DNA from: Phoronis australis
Taxonomy: Eukaryota > Animalia > Phoronida
Assembly: GCA_002633005.1 (NCBI GenBank)
Contig: NMRA01000003.1
Coordinates: 2,661,117 to 2,725,116 of the forward strand
DNA length: 64,000 nucleotides
Direction: 5' to 3'
The notes below the pieces were generated by a model. The model saw only the letters and a list, made by a program, of their open reading frames with translations, was not told the DNA's origin and ran no database searches. The stretch's first letter is position 1. Each line of letters begins with the position of its first letter. Both the position numbers and the translations under genes were made by a program. Positions 50,647 to 64,000 of the stretch are shown piece by piece.

Positions 50647-53600
50647 TCCGTGGTGACGGAAATTACGATTAGTTGCAACCGAAGCCAGGAAGAGGGTACA
50701 GCTGACGAGGACCAGTGTGACATCGTTTCCTTCCGCAACAGGTAACTACAATCCTAAGAATAAATTCCCTAGCTGTCACTGTTTTTTTCCTCATGTGAAA
50801 TGTAATCTTAGGAAAATGCCAATTCAGATTCCAATCATCTTTTTTGTCCCAAAGTTTCTGTTGGCAAAGGTTCCCTCTAAACTGCTTCATTTTTTCTAGC
50901 TTACTCAATTGTATGTGCTTCCTGAGAAAAATCAGCTACGCGAAAGGACCTTAGATTAAAGGCCACTTCTCAATTATTTAATCAAGTGCGACGTAGTTAG
51001 ACGGTAAACAAGCCCATTTTTACGTTGCGACCCGCCGATAAAATGCAAATTTCTCTAAAAATAGCCAGTGAATGGTGAAAACAGCTCTTGATAATAAATC
51101 TAAGTCAGCAGTCAGTGAATATTGCGGACTATTCATGAAAATTGTTTTTATCCCTGCATCTGGCCTCGCTGGTCAGTCAGTGCCATGACGATCGATGATA
51201 GCTACAATTTGCACTTGTTTGTCAATGTATCGAGGGCTAACGAACAGTATGAATACTCCACTTTGTGAAAACTTGTGTATCGTTGCCAACACTAAATCTC
51301 ATCGGCATTTTTAAGTGCGCTGCAGAACCGAACACAGGTGGTTCGCAGAAAGAAAAAAGAGCTTATGTCGATGACGCTTGATATTTTTGTAATGTATTTC
51401 AGCAACCTTTTGACAATCTAGTCGAAAAATATAGATTTAAAGTTGTGTAGGACCTTATTGAGGAATATTAATTTAAAATGAATTACAAAAAATAGGGTGT
51501 GTCAATCAGTAAAAGTATAAATTTTCTGACAGAAGAAAGACCAGGGATTATAAAAATACTCTTTATACTTAGCATCGTTATTAGGCCTATTATAACTTGG
51601 GCATCATTTTAAAGTCAAAAATTCGTTTCTAACAAAGATACCCTTTGGTCGATTTTAACCAAAGTTTGCTTCTTTAAATGAAAAATTGCCCATATCTCTC
51701 AAAAATGCTGTTAGGAAATTTCGATTAATTTAGTTTGGTTTCTACTCCAAATTAACTCGCAAAACGTTAGGCGTTTTTATAAAAAGAGCGATCGTATTCA
51801 CCTATGGCACAATACAATAAAACTAGAACTTAAAAATCATAACAACGTTTTTGAGTGCGATAAACAAATATTAAAATTGGAAAGTTTCAGTGAAATCCAC
51901 GGAGCCGTTTTCGAGAACTCGTGTTCCTACCAGATCAAGAAGATTTTGCCGAAGCCTAGAAAAAGCGAAAAGCGTTGCAAGACTTGAAAATCTGACGCTT
52001 TACGTTTTTAAATTATTGTTTTTGGTCAATGTAAGCTATACATGCCTTAACTATGTTCGTTATGATTTCAACATTCACTAGCAATGTCAACTGAATTTGC
52101 AGGGCGTAATTGCATCATCACAAAAACGTTTTAATTTGGTACATGGAGTTCCATGTGCCTCTAGTCAAACTAGGCCAAAGGTGCAGCCAGCAGTAAGCAG
52201 GTCAACAGTTCACATCACGCGCCGTGGAGACTGATATCAAGAAACCAACTACGAAGCGGATAATAGAAATCGAATCGGTGGTTAAAGCGCGCAGTGAGCA
52301 CGAGATCGAAACAGTCACAGACCGTCTCGGCGACTCGGATTCGGGGCATTTATTCTCAACGATCGTATGCATGCAGACACACAAATCTCTCGGAATCAAA
52401 ATTATGTTTTTGTCGACGGCGACGCTGGAGCGGCAGGGCCCCTGCCCGGCACCCTGAAATCCACCACTGGGACTAAAAGAGGTTGAGCTGTTCCCTAGAA
52501 AGAGTAAACAGATCTGCTGGGCAGATTAAAAATATTCTTAAAAAGTTACAGTGTTGCATGTACATCTAACACCTTTCCCTTTGATAGTCAACAGATAGTA
52601 GTTACACAATAAAACGAGATAATGTTTTAAAATATTTGTGATTTATGTACTCTGGTTATTGTCCTCCATAAAGAGTAGACAGGTCTCGGCGGCGGCATAT
52701 CAAAAAGGGTTGTTATAGTAGTGTTAGTCTGGCGCACACATCTAACACTTTTCACTTTGACAAAGTGAACAGATCTTAGTTGCAGGACAATAAGACAGGC
52801 TATATAAAAATTTTAAAAAAGCCAGGAACGCGAAAAACAGAATTAAATTGCATTATTTAAAGTTTTCTACAACTGAAACAGAATTCAGCCTGCTCACCAG
52901 ATGTACAGATTTGGAATGTCTGTTGACGTTAAAGCATTTTTCTTTTAGTTTCAAATTAAAATAAATCCATCGGCTGCTCATCAGTAGGTCGATTTCTACC
53001 ACAAGGCAAAGCACGTCTCCTTGATATGACAAGACAGACGTAACACCTTCCCTTCATATGGAAATGTGATCTTTGACCTTAGATATAAACAAAACAATGG
53101 CGACTTAAGCAGCAGCCAGTCCAATTACGAGGCAATTGGTGTAAGTCTTAACTGTTTAAAATAAGTTACGAACGTATCGAATGTATTCAAATATATTCTA
53201 AAACGCATTTGAAATTATTTTTTAGAAAATTGCTTGCTTCATTAGCTTGCCTAAAACTGTGCTGTCGACTTCATATTCGGAGTTCCAAGACACCTGATAA
53301 TCTGCCGTAGTTATCCATCTTGTCAGTCAACTGTTTGTCGAATGAATGTGAGCGCATTTATTTAAGTGGGAGGTAGATTAGAAACTCTATGGAGTTTTTC
53401 CTTCGTGCGTATTTCAAAAAACAGTGAATTTTGTGATTTTTTCCGGAAATTCCCTCACAGAGGAAAGTGAAGAACTCTATAGCAGACGTTGCGAGATGGT
53501 ACTTTCGTCACTAATTGTTTGAAAGATATTTTTGACGAGCGTTCCATGTCTCTTTAAAATATTTGTAATATAAGAAGTCCGATCACTGTTTCTTAAAAAG

Positions 53601-56600
53601 AGTGAACAGTTCTCGGTAGTACAATAAGGTGACGCACAGCTAAGCAGTGCTCCCTGTGGCGGAGTCGGCAGATCATCACGTTTCACGGAATTAAAACAAT
53701 TTGTTAATTTTAAAATATTGGCGACTTACGCACTCCAGTAACTGTGCCCAAGAGATAATTAACAGATTTCGGCAGCGCGTTAAAAATTTTCTTGTTTTAT
53801 TACATTTAGATTTGTACCTACATCTAACCACTGTTCTCTTTGATTGATTCAACGGATCGTAGTTACGAGGCAATGAAAAGACGTGGGTAATTTGTAACTA
53901 AAATGCAGTACGAAACTAAAAAGAAGTTGATTTGGGTATTCCTTCATTTTAGCATTTGGAATTCATTGAAAGTCACAAAAAGTGGATCATTAACAAATTT
54001 AAAAAAAAAATGTTTTATAGTTTCGTCATGGTCGTGTTATAGTGGAAAGCAGAAAGTACGAGTGGGGTTAAAAAATCAAATGTACCCTTTGTCGGTATTT
54101 CATGGGACACACTAGAACTAGATTCAAAGTGAACCTACTGTTATCGTCTCCTTTTTCTTTGTAATTTTCTACGTCGTTGTTCAGATTGTCTAGAATGCCT
54201 TGACCCGACCCTGGGTAATTGGCAACAGGTGGTAGTGGATAAGTTAAACAAAATTCAAAAAGCTAAGTTATTGGATGAGTCTGATCATCTTCCTCTTGTT
54301 TGTGTTTTTCACGGCTTCACTCAGTCACAGGATCCGAATCCCGAAAATTGGGTCAGCCGTTTCATGTAATGTAACACTATAGCAATTCTCACCAAAACAC
54401 GTAGCTTGAAATACAGATTTAGCAAAGAAACCGTAGTTTGTAGTTAACAAACGTAAGTCGTGCACTTCCGAACTACAAATTTCCTGTCAACGCAGCAATT
54501 CAAGCAGATAACATTAAAGCGCCAACATTGCTTCTTCGCTAGTCAGAAAACCGGCAAGTAGGGGAGGAAAAGCCCCTAAACAGATGGAAATGGAAACAAC
54601 GTTTAATTAATGGCATATAAGATAACCAGATCTGAAGTAGAAGTTATTAGAAGAATAACTTTAATGATGAAAAGTAGAATAATGAAAAATTATACCGAAG
54701 CATCTTCAAGCGATTCTTCCCTGAAATATGTCAAGTGTTAATTCAAAGTGTTAGGTTTTTTAATACGTGGTGTTAAAAATAACTTTGACAAAGTGATGCT
54801 GATATCAAATGGACCGTGTAAATTATTTGAATTCGAGATCGTACAAAAAATAACGACTGCTACATTTACTACGACTATTAATGACGCACTTTACTAAGAC
54901 TCACAGTTTCGTTATATTACGTGGTTTTGGCAAGATTTTTCACGCTGCGAGACAGCTCAGTCTCCACTAGCTATGTTTTCGTACTGTTTGGGAAGAAATT
55001 TCGCTTGCTCAGTCAGATCGAACAACCGCCCTTAGACAATCACGCGCCGAAATTTTAAGACAAACAAAATGTCACAAACTTAAGACCAGTTCTAAAATTT
55101 TATAAGTGAGCTGATGTGTGTACACATGATGTTTTGTCTTAAGCATATGCACTCATTATTTTGAGAAATAAAAAACAAAATAAAAATAGTATCAAATGTT
55201 ATTCAGTTAACTGATTTCTAGGGACAAAAATTATTCTGGGCTCTGCTATTTAAGAACCCATGAGAGTAGTAAAACATTTATCTTCTCATCCAAGACAATA
55301 AACCCTTTGTTAAGCTGTGTTTGGTTACACAGTCAACCTGGCACAATTGTAGTACTGAAAGCAGGATTAACAAAGAACTGCTTTCACTGACCCTGCGTGT
55401 CAGTTTCAAAAGCCCTATTGTTTGTGAACGGCACCTATGATTTACAACTAACCGCAAAGTTCTAAGCTACTATGCGGACTAATTACCCACTCTAAGCCCA
55501 CGTAATACAAAGTACCTTAATTGAATTGATGAACTGCATATTAACGTGGAAAGAGGGAATCACCCATCAGACGGTCACTTAATCGGCTCCCAAATTTGGC
55601 CCGCCTGTTGAAAATGCTCACTACGCCAGAGCTGATATTTCATGAGAGGGTTCGCTTGGTTCCAATCCTGGGCATAGATTAGACGAACCGACTTCTGCTT
55701 CGCTATATCGCTACTTTTAAGGAAAATTTTCAAAAAACACCGTGGTTGTTTAATTTATTTTTTGGTCTCTAAGCGCTCTCAGCTCCCTGTTCTCGGAACC
55801 AGATTGTTTCTTTGACTGGTTTCCGATCGTTAGGCCTAAAATTGTATTACTTATTCTGTGATATGATGAAGCAGGTCGAAACATTTGAATTTATGTTTCC
55901 AGCTTAGATGGCACAATTTTCGATCTGCTGCATACCGAAGTTAATTTGTTTACTGGTTAGTTTTTCAAACTTATCTATGTTGCGTGCTCACTTGAATAAT
56001 TATTTGTGAAACTATGTGTTACACACGACTCATATCGCCAGCCGTTCCCCCATTCCACCGCCTCCCAGTCCACCCGTTCCTTCCAATGTCTGCCAGTTGT
56101 CGCCCATTGTATCCCCTGTCGCCAAGAACTTCACTGCCCAGTCATCTTCGCTCGCTGATCCGCACCACAACTTTTTTATTTATAATCTGTCCAGTAGTTT
56201 TCCATTGGATATGTTCCCTACCCAAGTTTTCCTCAATTTGCCGGAATAACTGTTCGTAATTTTCCCGAATCCAGTGGGAAATAGCGTTTTTGATATCTCC
56301 CATTGAACATTTATATCGAATTAAATTTGATCATCTTATAGATAGCGCTGTTTTGCCATGCACCTTTCACTTTTTCCTAAAAACATATGGTCATGGAATC
56401 CAGTTAATAACAGATTGGTAAAAGTGAAAATCAAATTCTATAGGTTTTGTACCTTCATAAAATAATACTTTTACCGAGTTTTCTAGGTATTTCAATCAAT
56501 GCAGATTTGTCCATAAGGTCCTACATGCATGTTGTAAAATCTGCCACATCCTGTCATATTTTGTTGTCACTAGTGAGTTGTAAACCACTTAACATAGTGC

Positions 56601-56615
56601 AGAAATTATATTTAC

Positions 56616-56619
56616 CCAT
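56616..56619 (-). CDS. Candidate start-codon exon of paralogue A (ATG G|gtaaat)
   Basis: caaaagATGG|GTAAAT supplies the phase-1 end that gives MELHPSVVLIVAALF...; 7.3 kb upstream and chosen by fit only. Confidence 0.4.
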
Positions 56620-58133
56620 CTTTTGACTTGATCACTCAACTTCAGTTTTCACCGAGATCAAAATATGGATCGCAGAGCATTTCTTGGTCGGATTGAAGGT
56701 GTGTTGTCTTGGCTGCTTTGACAGGTCACTGACAGCCTGGTGCGCTTTCGCGTTGACACCAATTGTTCACGAGATATCGTAAGGGAATACCGTTTACTCA
56801 CATAAATAATTTGTCGAGAACTCATCCAACCGGCACCTTTTTTCGTTAAAGTTACGTGTATCGGTGTAATTGAAGGGTTGATGATTGTGTTCTTCTTGAA
56901 ATATGTATAATCAAATAGCAACTCTCAACCAATAAACGTAGTTATCTACTATCTATGCTGTAATGTTTTCAAGTTTCCTTCTTCAGAATAACTTTTTCAA
57001 GTGAACGCTGAATGTGGTGGTAAGAAATAGTTAGCCTATTTTAAAGCTGCGTCTTACGCAGTTTGACTGGCTTGAAAACGAACATCGAAGTATACCTCTT
57101 GCTACTATCACTCTCCTAATAATTCTTAGTGATTAGATTCGATTTCCGTTACAAACCTATAAGCCACAGCCAATATTTACATGCGGCATTTTTAAATTTA
57201 AGGTAAGGTTTGCCAACCCCAATAAACTTTGATGCGCTTTGAGTAGTGATGGCTGCGATGTTCTCTTTGGTAACGAAAATGGAATCATAAATGAAACTTA
57301 TAAGATCGATTTTATGATAGTAAAAGGCCTAATTCGATTTTTGTAGTTAGACAGATTAGCACAGTGAAATACACCTTTAACGCTAAGACTTGAAACCTCT
57401 AGAGCTTTCGGGGATATTTTTAGGGCCGCGTTCCGCTACATTGACGCAATAACACGTATTTACTCACGTGAGGTCATTAAGCAAACAGGTTTGTCCTGCC
57501 GCTTGAATATTTTCGTATCAGTTGCAAAACAACCGTACAAAATAAACAGCAAACTCGATATAAGCGATAGGGGTTCTGACGAACAGTGAAAATAAATATT
57601 CAAACCAATGTGACAAAAAAGAGTTTTAAGTCATTAAAATGACTAGATTCTCCTGTAAACCTCGACAGATTTTCATGGATATGTTCGAATCATGTCGACT
57701 ACATAGTCTGCGGAGCCAAGGTGCGTGTTAATTATAACTCAATGCGTATATACGCGTATGCATGTTACATTCAGTGTTATTCACTGTATTTTGAAATGAG
57801 TAACTTTTTTAGGGGTGTACTATAGTCTGTAAACGCCTGCGGCGTCCACTGACCTCAGTCGAAATTTGCCAATCTTGGACTCGCCATAAAGCTTCTCATG
57901 GACAGGAAATGTATTATAAAGACTTCTTTTTATCAAGTATTCAGGAGCATTGCTCGTTTGGCCTAATGGTGGAGACAACAGACTGCCGCAAGCTGGCGCG
58001 CATGTTCGAATCGTGGTTGGATAGAAAACTAACTGGGAATCGACAACAAATTCTCTTGGCGTGTTGTTCAAAGGAGTATATTTTGGAACGGGCGACTACT
58101 AAGTGACATTTACTAGTTTAGCAGGGGTTAATC

Positions 58134-58747
58134 AAGCTTGGCTTTATGAAAGTAAAACAAAGAAATAAATATCTCTCTGCCTGTTGCATGTACAGATGTG
58201 TCAATGGCTTGACTCCAGCATATCTCAGCCGCAAATTCCGTAGCAGTCAAGCTGTATACTCTACACATTCTTCCGTTGCTGGTAATGTTTCTTTTTAAAA
58301 AATTAAAACCGAGAACAGCAAGAGATGTTTTATTTATGCTGCTACTGCAATATGGAATTCTTTTAGCCCAGAAATTAAACGGTCCCATTCAATTAGTACT
58401 TTCAAACTTAATATTAAAAAGTGGCTGTAATTTACTTTTATATTCTTACTCCTTACCCGTCTTAACTATGCCATTTTTGATTATTGTAAATACTCTCACT
58501 ATTCAGTATCATCTCTTTATTTATTTCACCCCTCTTAGTTAAATTTTCATCAGTCATTTATTCATTAAATTCTCAACCTGTTTTAATTGTATCATTGTAT
58601 CTTTGTTACATGCATTTGATTATCGTTTTACTACTTTATTGTATTATATTACTGTAATGTGTTGTTGAGGGCCCTCTTGGAAAGCAGTGCTGTCAATGAA
58701 GAGGTCACCATCAGTTTAAATATTACAATAAAAAATAAATAAATAAA
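58134..58747 (+). mobile_element. 5'-truncated L2/Crack-like LINE (ORF2 C-terminus, 3' UTR, (AAAT)n tail)
   Basis: KLGFMKVKQRNKYLSACCMYRCVNGLTPAYLSRKF...*KIKTENSKRCFIYAATAIWNSFSPEIKRSHSISTFKLNIKKWL*, then a T-rich UTR ending aaataaataaataaa. Confidence 0.8.
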
Positions 58748-59465
58748 CGACACGCCCGGGTACCATTGAAAGCTTTCGCATAAATATTTTCTTCTTAAAG
58801 TTAATTATAAATATCAGTGGCATCGTTAGACTTGTTTTTAAGCTAACATGCCCATGTCAGTGGCTGGTTAATACATGTAAATTCAAAAAACCCACAAAAC
58901 ATTTTATTTAAATGCCTTAGTGAATTGTGTTTTAAACGTAACCTCACCATGGCCTTGGGACCAGTCTAGCAGACCACGGGCTGCTCAAGAAAGACATAGA
59001 AATAAAATGACAGTAATTAGGTTTTTAAAATAAAGGAAACGAAGGAAACACGTAGCTCTGTACACTACAAGAGGACGTTGCACACAACCAAACAGCAAAG
59101 TTAAAGCATGTAAACACTAAAAGAAAAACTCGCAAATGCACCCCATAGACTCCTCAAAATTGATCCATAGATTTGAGACCCTGTAGGTCAGTTGACACAC
59201 AGACATGTTTTTCTTAAAATGAACCCTGCCTGGTTATCAATACCCACTGCACAATGGAAAACGACGCTCTCATCTGGTGCAAACAGGTTTGGTCCATTCA
59301 CGGCCTGGTCCGAGAATAGCCCTTTTTATGCATGTGGGGCAGAAGAATTAATATGTAATCACTGCAATCCGTCAACAATTGGCAGTGTTACAATGCTAGT
59401 GTCATTTCACACCGGTGATGGGATGAACTGTGGTTTTTAATTTGGTTGTTGAAAAAAGCACTCAA

Positions 59466-61799
59466 TTACACCATGCCAGGGTTGGTGCACAGAGGTGGCG
59501 GCCGTTCATCTGTGAAATAAAATGAAGAAATTATTGTTAAACAACAGCGTGTGAAAAATGCCCATTACGGAACAATCTTTGTTCTCCTCACATCATCACT
59601 CCAACGAAACTTGGTCTCGAGAAAGCTTCTTCTCATCAATGAGATAATGAGAAATATAACGATGTATAGTGTCATATCAATACACAATAGTCATAACATT
59701 TTGTCGTGACCAAATTTTTTTAAGCAGATGACTATTTGAACAAAACTACTTCAAGCTTGGAAGCACTCTACTGGACTCAACTGAGTTTTATTATACCGCA
59801 CTCGTCCGAGATGCGGCTAAGAGAGAAAATGTTATTCGTTCAGAATGAACTAAGTATTTCATTATTTTAGTGTTACATGTGCAAAGCGCGAAAAGATGGC
59901 CACTCACTGAGTGTCGGGCCTAAGGATTGGTAGGTATTGTTTTGGTGTTACATGTGCAAAGCGCGTGAGGATGGCCACTCCAGTGTCGGGCCTAAGGATA
60001 GATACGTACCTGTCACATGCTTCTTGTTTGATTCTTCGCACAATTCCTTCAACCTTCCGCTGGAGACAATTTTTGAAAACCCCTCGTTCCATTTTTCGGG
60101 AAGGTCGGAATCTTTACTTGTCATGAGGGCTCCTCCACGAACTGCACACGACAGCGACAATGTTTCAACTTTCTTCACTGCTGTACCGCCTAAATGGAAG
60201 ATCCCCGGCTGTCTTAGTGAGTGTTCGGAAACGAGCATGGCATCAATCTGTGGGCATAAAATATTTAAATGGATTACAACACCATGGTTTCTTATGCACG
60301 GTTAGAAAGTGTCCTTTTAGCCACTCATACAAACAAGTGCGACAATTCGTAATTTGCAACTCCAGTACACCATTGGGACAAATATTTTCCATATAAAACA
60401 TTTAAGTTCTATCTTAACAATGATGATGACGACGACAATAATCGACGCTTTGGAAGAAGTTGGAGGAAACGATGGTGGTCATTCCAGGGTTTAGTTAAGC
60501 TTAGTACTGTGCGATGGATGATTCCGACATGTCAATCAAGCTAATCCTTTCAAGGCGCGGGAACATGTTAACACCGCCATCTTTTCCCACTAACATTGGT
60601 TACGAAGAAGAGCAAGTGCAATGCAGATCACGGTTAAATGGAGAATGAACGAGAAAACATCGCTGACAAAGAGATATGGTAGACGTTGAGAATACAACTG
60701 GATAACCAAGATTCTAAGAACACATGGAAAAAAGTCAGCTTCATAATCTTTCACAAACATTTAATTTTTATTTATGGTTTGGTATCTATGGTGTCACAAT
60801 TACCAAAAACACAACGCACACTATCTGTTGCTGTTTTCCTCTAGTAAAGAGGACCTCCGCTATATTGGTTTGATTTACGCTTGTGTGGTACCGTGACAAC
60901 AGTAACTACGGTGGGCGTGGCCTGACTGAGTTTGTCAGAAATATTCAAGTTTTCCAAGGAAACAAACTTTTTTATGTTCAGCACTTGAATTAGGCAAAAT
61001 TCATGCGTCGTCAGCTCGTTTCCTGGGATGAAAAGGAGACCAGAGGTTGGTGTAAATAGGTCACTTATTACGACTAAGATATGGGCGTGGCCTGACAGAG
61101 TTTGTCAGAAATGTCCAACAGTTTTTCATGGAAACAAACCTTTTTACTTGTCAATGCTTTAACAAGTTGAACGGGGGTGTTGTAGTAGAATACATTGTCC
61201 AACGGTACAACAATGCCAAGCTCTCGCGCAATGCACTTTTCGTCGTCCAAATAACGCTTCACGAATCCTAAAATAAATACGAACGGCACTTGTAGGGTAA
61301 GTCGAGCTGAGAATATAAAGAGATAAATTCTCAGAAGTTATGCAACCAGAAACGATCAGTATTGAAAGATATCCTTACATATCCTGTACAATATATCAGA
61401 AAGGGGCTTAATTAAAGAACACTGCAAAATGTAACAAAAATGACTATAACTTAGAAAGAAATATCAAAACAACTTTTATTTGTTACAGTAGGAGACCTGC
61501 AATGTGACTAAAACCTAACAAGCATTTGAGATATTTGCCTATCTTTATAGTTTTCAGGTCGTCCTTTTTGAATATGAAGTCGCTTCTGACGTAGAAAAAG
61601 CTCATGAAGGGACGGTGGAAACTTTGAGAGAATTTGAATACTTGAACTGTATGGTATGTAGGCAGACCTCCGATACACCCGTCGAACCACCCGTCCAACA
61701 GTCCCACGCCTCCGCTTCCCTGAAGTCCTTCCCTGTAATTCCAACAGGTCCACCACGCTGTACTCACGAACCTACAGTCGATGCCAGCCGCTCTGCAAA
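59466..61799 (-). CDS. Secreted PBP2/SBP_bac_3-like protein, paralogue B (5' exons not found in window)
   Basis: Exons 61539-61799 (GC donor), 61140-61267, 60010-60247 and 59466-59509 (DERPPPLCTNPGMV*). Same intron positions and phases as paralogue A; all 8 Cys conserved. Confidence 0.85.
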
Positions 61800-64000
61800 C
61801 TATTGAGAAAAAAACTAGAGCCAGTACTTGCGCAAATTTCCTAAATTTTCTTACTCCACAACAACACAATCAAATTACTTTCTTCGGTATTTTTGATCGT
61901 TTACCCAGTAACTAGGTGATATGTATACGTAGAGTGTTAACTTCACTTATAATGGACATGGTTTTTCCTAATGCGACTTGAGTAGGCCCAGATTTGTGGT
62001 ACAAAGAGTAACGGTCACGATCCATCGTTTTCAGCCTATTCACTTAGCGAAACTTACAAAATTTCCCATAAAATTTGCATCAATTGGTTGTCTGTCACCC
62101 TTTTTTGTTTCAACTTCTGTTCTAAACAACTAGAGGATTTGTTGTGTATCTAACCAAGATGGTCATATATGTTGGACGGTGGCAGCCGAGAAAACGCAGG
62201 ATATAGTCTTAAAGTAAAGTAATGCACGCGGTGTCGGTGACTGCAAATTCCCCTGTTCTAAATACATCCACGGATATAGGTCCGTTCATCATTTCATTAA
62301 CCCTCTTTTCCTTGTTTCCGCCAGTTTAAAACGGAAAAGTGAGAGTAGAAACAATTCATAAATTATAGCCCTATATGAATTAATTTGAATTTCCCTATCC
62401 ATTACAGAGTCATTCGACAGTAGCACCATGCTACTGGTGCACCACCAAAAAGTAAAACACTGAACTTAAGAACTCTATATTGAATTCTGTTTAAATTGAA
62501 AATCATGTAAATCTTGCTAATTTGAAGGAGCATCAGACCACAAGGAAATAAATTTTGATTAAATAAGTTTGCGTTGAAACTCGTTTTTAACTCATAAGAG
62601 AAACGAGTGTCTTTAAAGCTTCGCTCGAACGGTTGTTAGTTATTCTAGATGTACTGGTTAATCGAGGTAGTCCTAGAAATGTTTTAGACGAAAAAAAAAA
62701 CGCCGGACATGTCAAGCGTTTCGCGCCATATTACGTCACTACGAGACTGAAAACGGCAAGAGCTGCCGATAGCAGCAGTCTTGAACATTCGCAGGTACTT
62801 GCGGTAGAAGTACACATCTACCGCAGGTAAAAGAGTTTATTGAATAGAGCACCGATGTAAGCGGGTGGTTTTCATAGCTAGTTAAACCTCCGGCAGAGGA
62901 TTCTCGCGTTGACGGAAGTCCGGTTGAACTAATCAGCGCCAAATGTTCCAAATGACTCCTCCTCACTTTAAAGACAACTAATAATTTTAAGCTAAAATAG
63001 CATCTTGCACCAACTTACTATTTTATTTAAATGTTTTTCGATGGTAGATCGTTAATCCAAGTTCTATGGAATAATTAAGTCAAAAGCACGTCTAAAATTT
63101 GTATTGCCACTTACAGGCACTCAACCAAACATCTTGAAAGAGCACAGGCATTTCAACTCAACAACCATAACTAACTCACAACGTTGTACCTTAAAATTAC
63201 AAACCTTGGAATAATTTCTGGTACTATTTAGCTACTTACCGTCATACACATGCAACCGCATCGAGCTTTACGTATTTAAATCTCTGCTCTCATTTTCACG
63301 AAAGATTTCGCTCTAGTCGGCTGGCGACCGGGTCGCCAACCGAAGCGACGTCTTTCGAGAAAACGTTTTCTGCTCAGAAACATCGGTTTTGGCTTCAGAA
63401 ATTGTGTCATGGTATCAGCCAACCTTTTGCCAGACGAACAAAGTTATTAAGACAATTCATTTCCCATCGTTAAGCTGAGCTAATTTTTTTACCTCAATCG
63501 ATTACTTTGGTCAAATATTTTGCGAATTTGTCAGCAAACTTTTCTAAATAAAATTTTTAGCAAGCTGGACTCTAACATCTTTTAGGATGATTCAGTTTTT
63601 GATTGACCGATGAAACAGATTCTTTGATTTAAATCATGGTGACGGTGATCACGTCATTAATACATATTTTTGCTGCTTTAATTGTATTTTGGTGACCTTA
63701 CGCAAAAATAAAATCCGACAATAAGCCCAAAAGTTACGCTCCCGAATGTTGATGTGTTGTGGAGGTCTCATTCATCCAGATTTCACTGCCTTTCGAATGA
63801 AAAATAACGGTCAGTGAATGGTCACCGATCTCAGTCGAACGACAGTCGGATTACGATTGGCGTGATCCGTTTCAGTCAAGTTATATACGAATATTTATAG
63901 CTCAAAAATTCGAGACGCAACATTTTTCTATACACTGTGATTTGTCGTCTACGAAAAGTGTACCAATGAAGTGTGTTGACAGGGATTTACGAAGACACGT

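Noticed and set aside
52202-52476. Overlapping short ORFs in a CpG-rich patch
   Set aside because: No recognisable motif; probably a repeat fragment that I cannot classify.
42514-61799. Bacterial contamination as the source of the binding-protein genes
   Set aside because: They have spliceosomal introns at shared positions, contain animal-type transposons, and share a scaffold with USP54.
61800-64000. Upstream exons of paralogue B
   Set aside because: I found no match to DENGIHAGFFIDL or to the signal-peptide exon; they probably lie beyond the window edge.

Overview
Intron-rich, AT-rich genomic DNA from an invertebrate animal; it is not prokaryotic. The left ~37.5 kb holds one large minus-strand gene, an orthologue of USP54/USP53 (Drosophila echinus-like deubiquitinase). 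I rebuilt it by hand as 16 phase-consistent coding exons (21374 to 1617, 5766 nt, 1921 aa), including a frame-essential 17-nt microexon, with probable 5'-UTR exons out to ~37.4 kb. The right part carries two tandem minus-strand paralogues (42.5-56.6 kb and 59.5-61.8+ kb). They encode secreted, intron-containing, 8-cysteine proteins that align along their length to bacterial family-3 periplasmic amino-acid-binding proteins (HisJ/ArgT type) but lack the ligand-carboxylate arginine. This pair is the best candidate for an undescribed system. Mobile DNA includes an internally deleted Kolobok-type transposon (TTAA TSD, THAP relic), a MITE family with 5-bp TSDs, tRNA-derived SINEs and L2/Crack-like LINE tails. 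Two near-identical duplications flanking single N bases are probably assembly artefacts. All calls come from manual reading; no searches were run.
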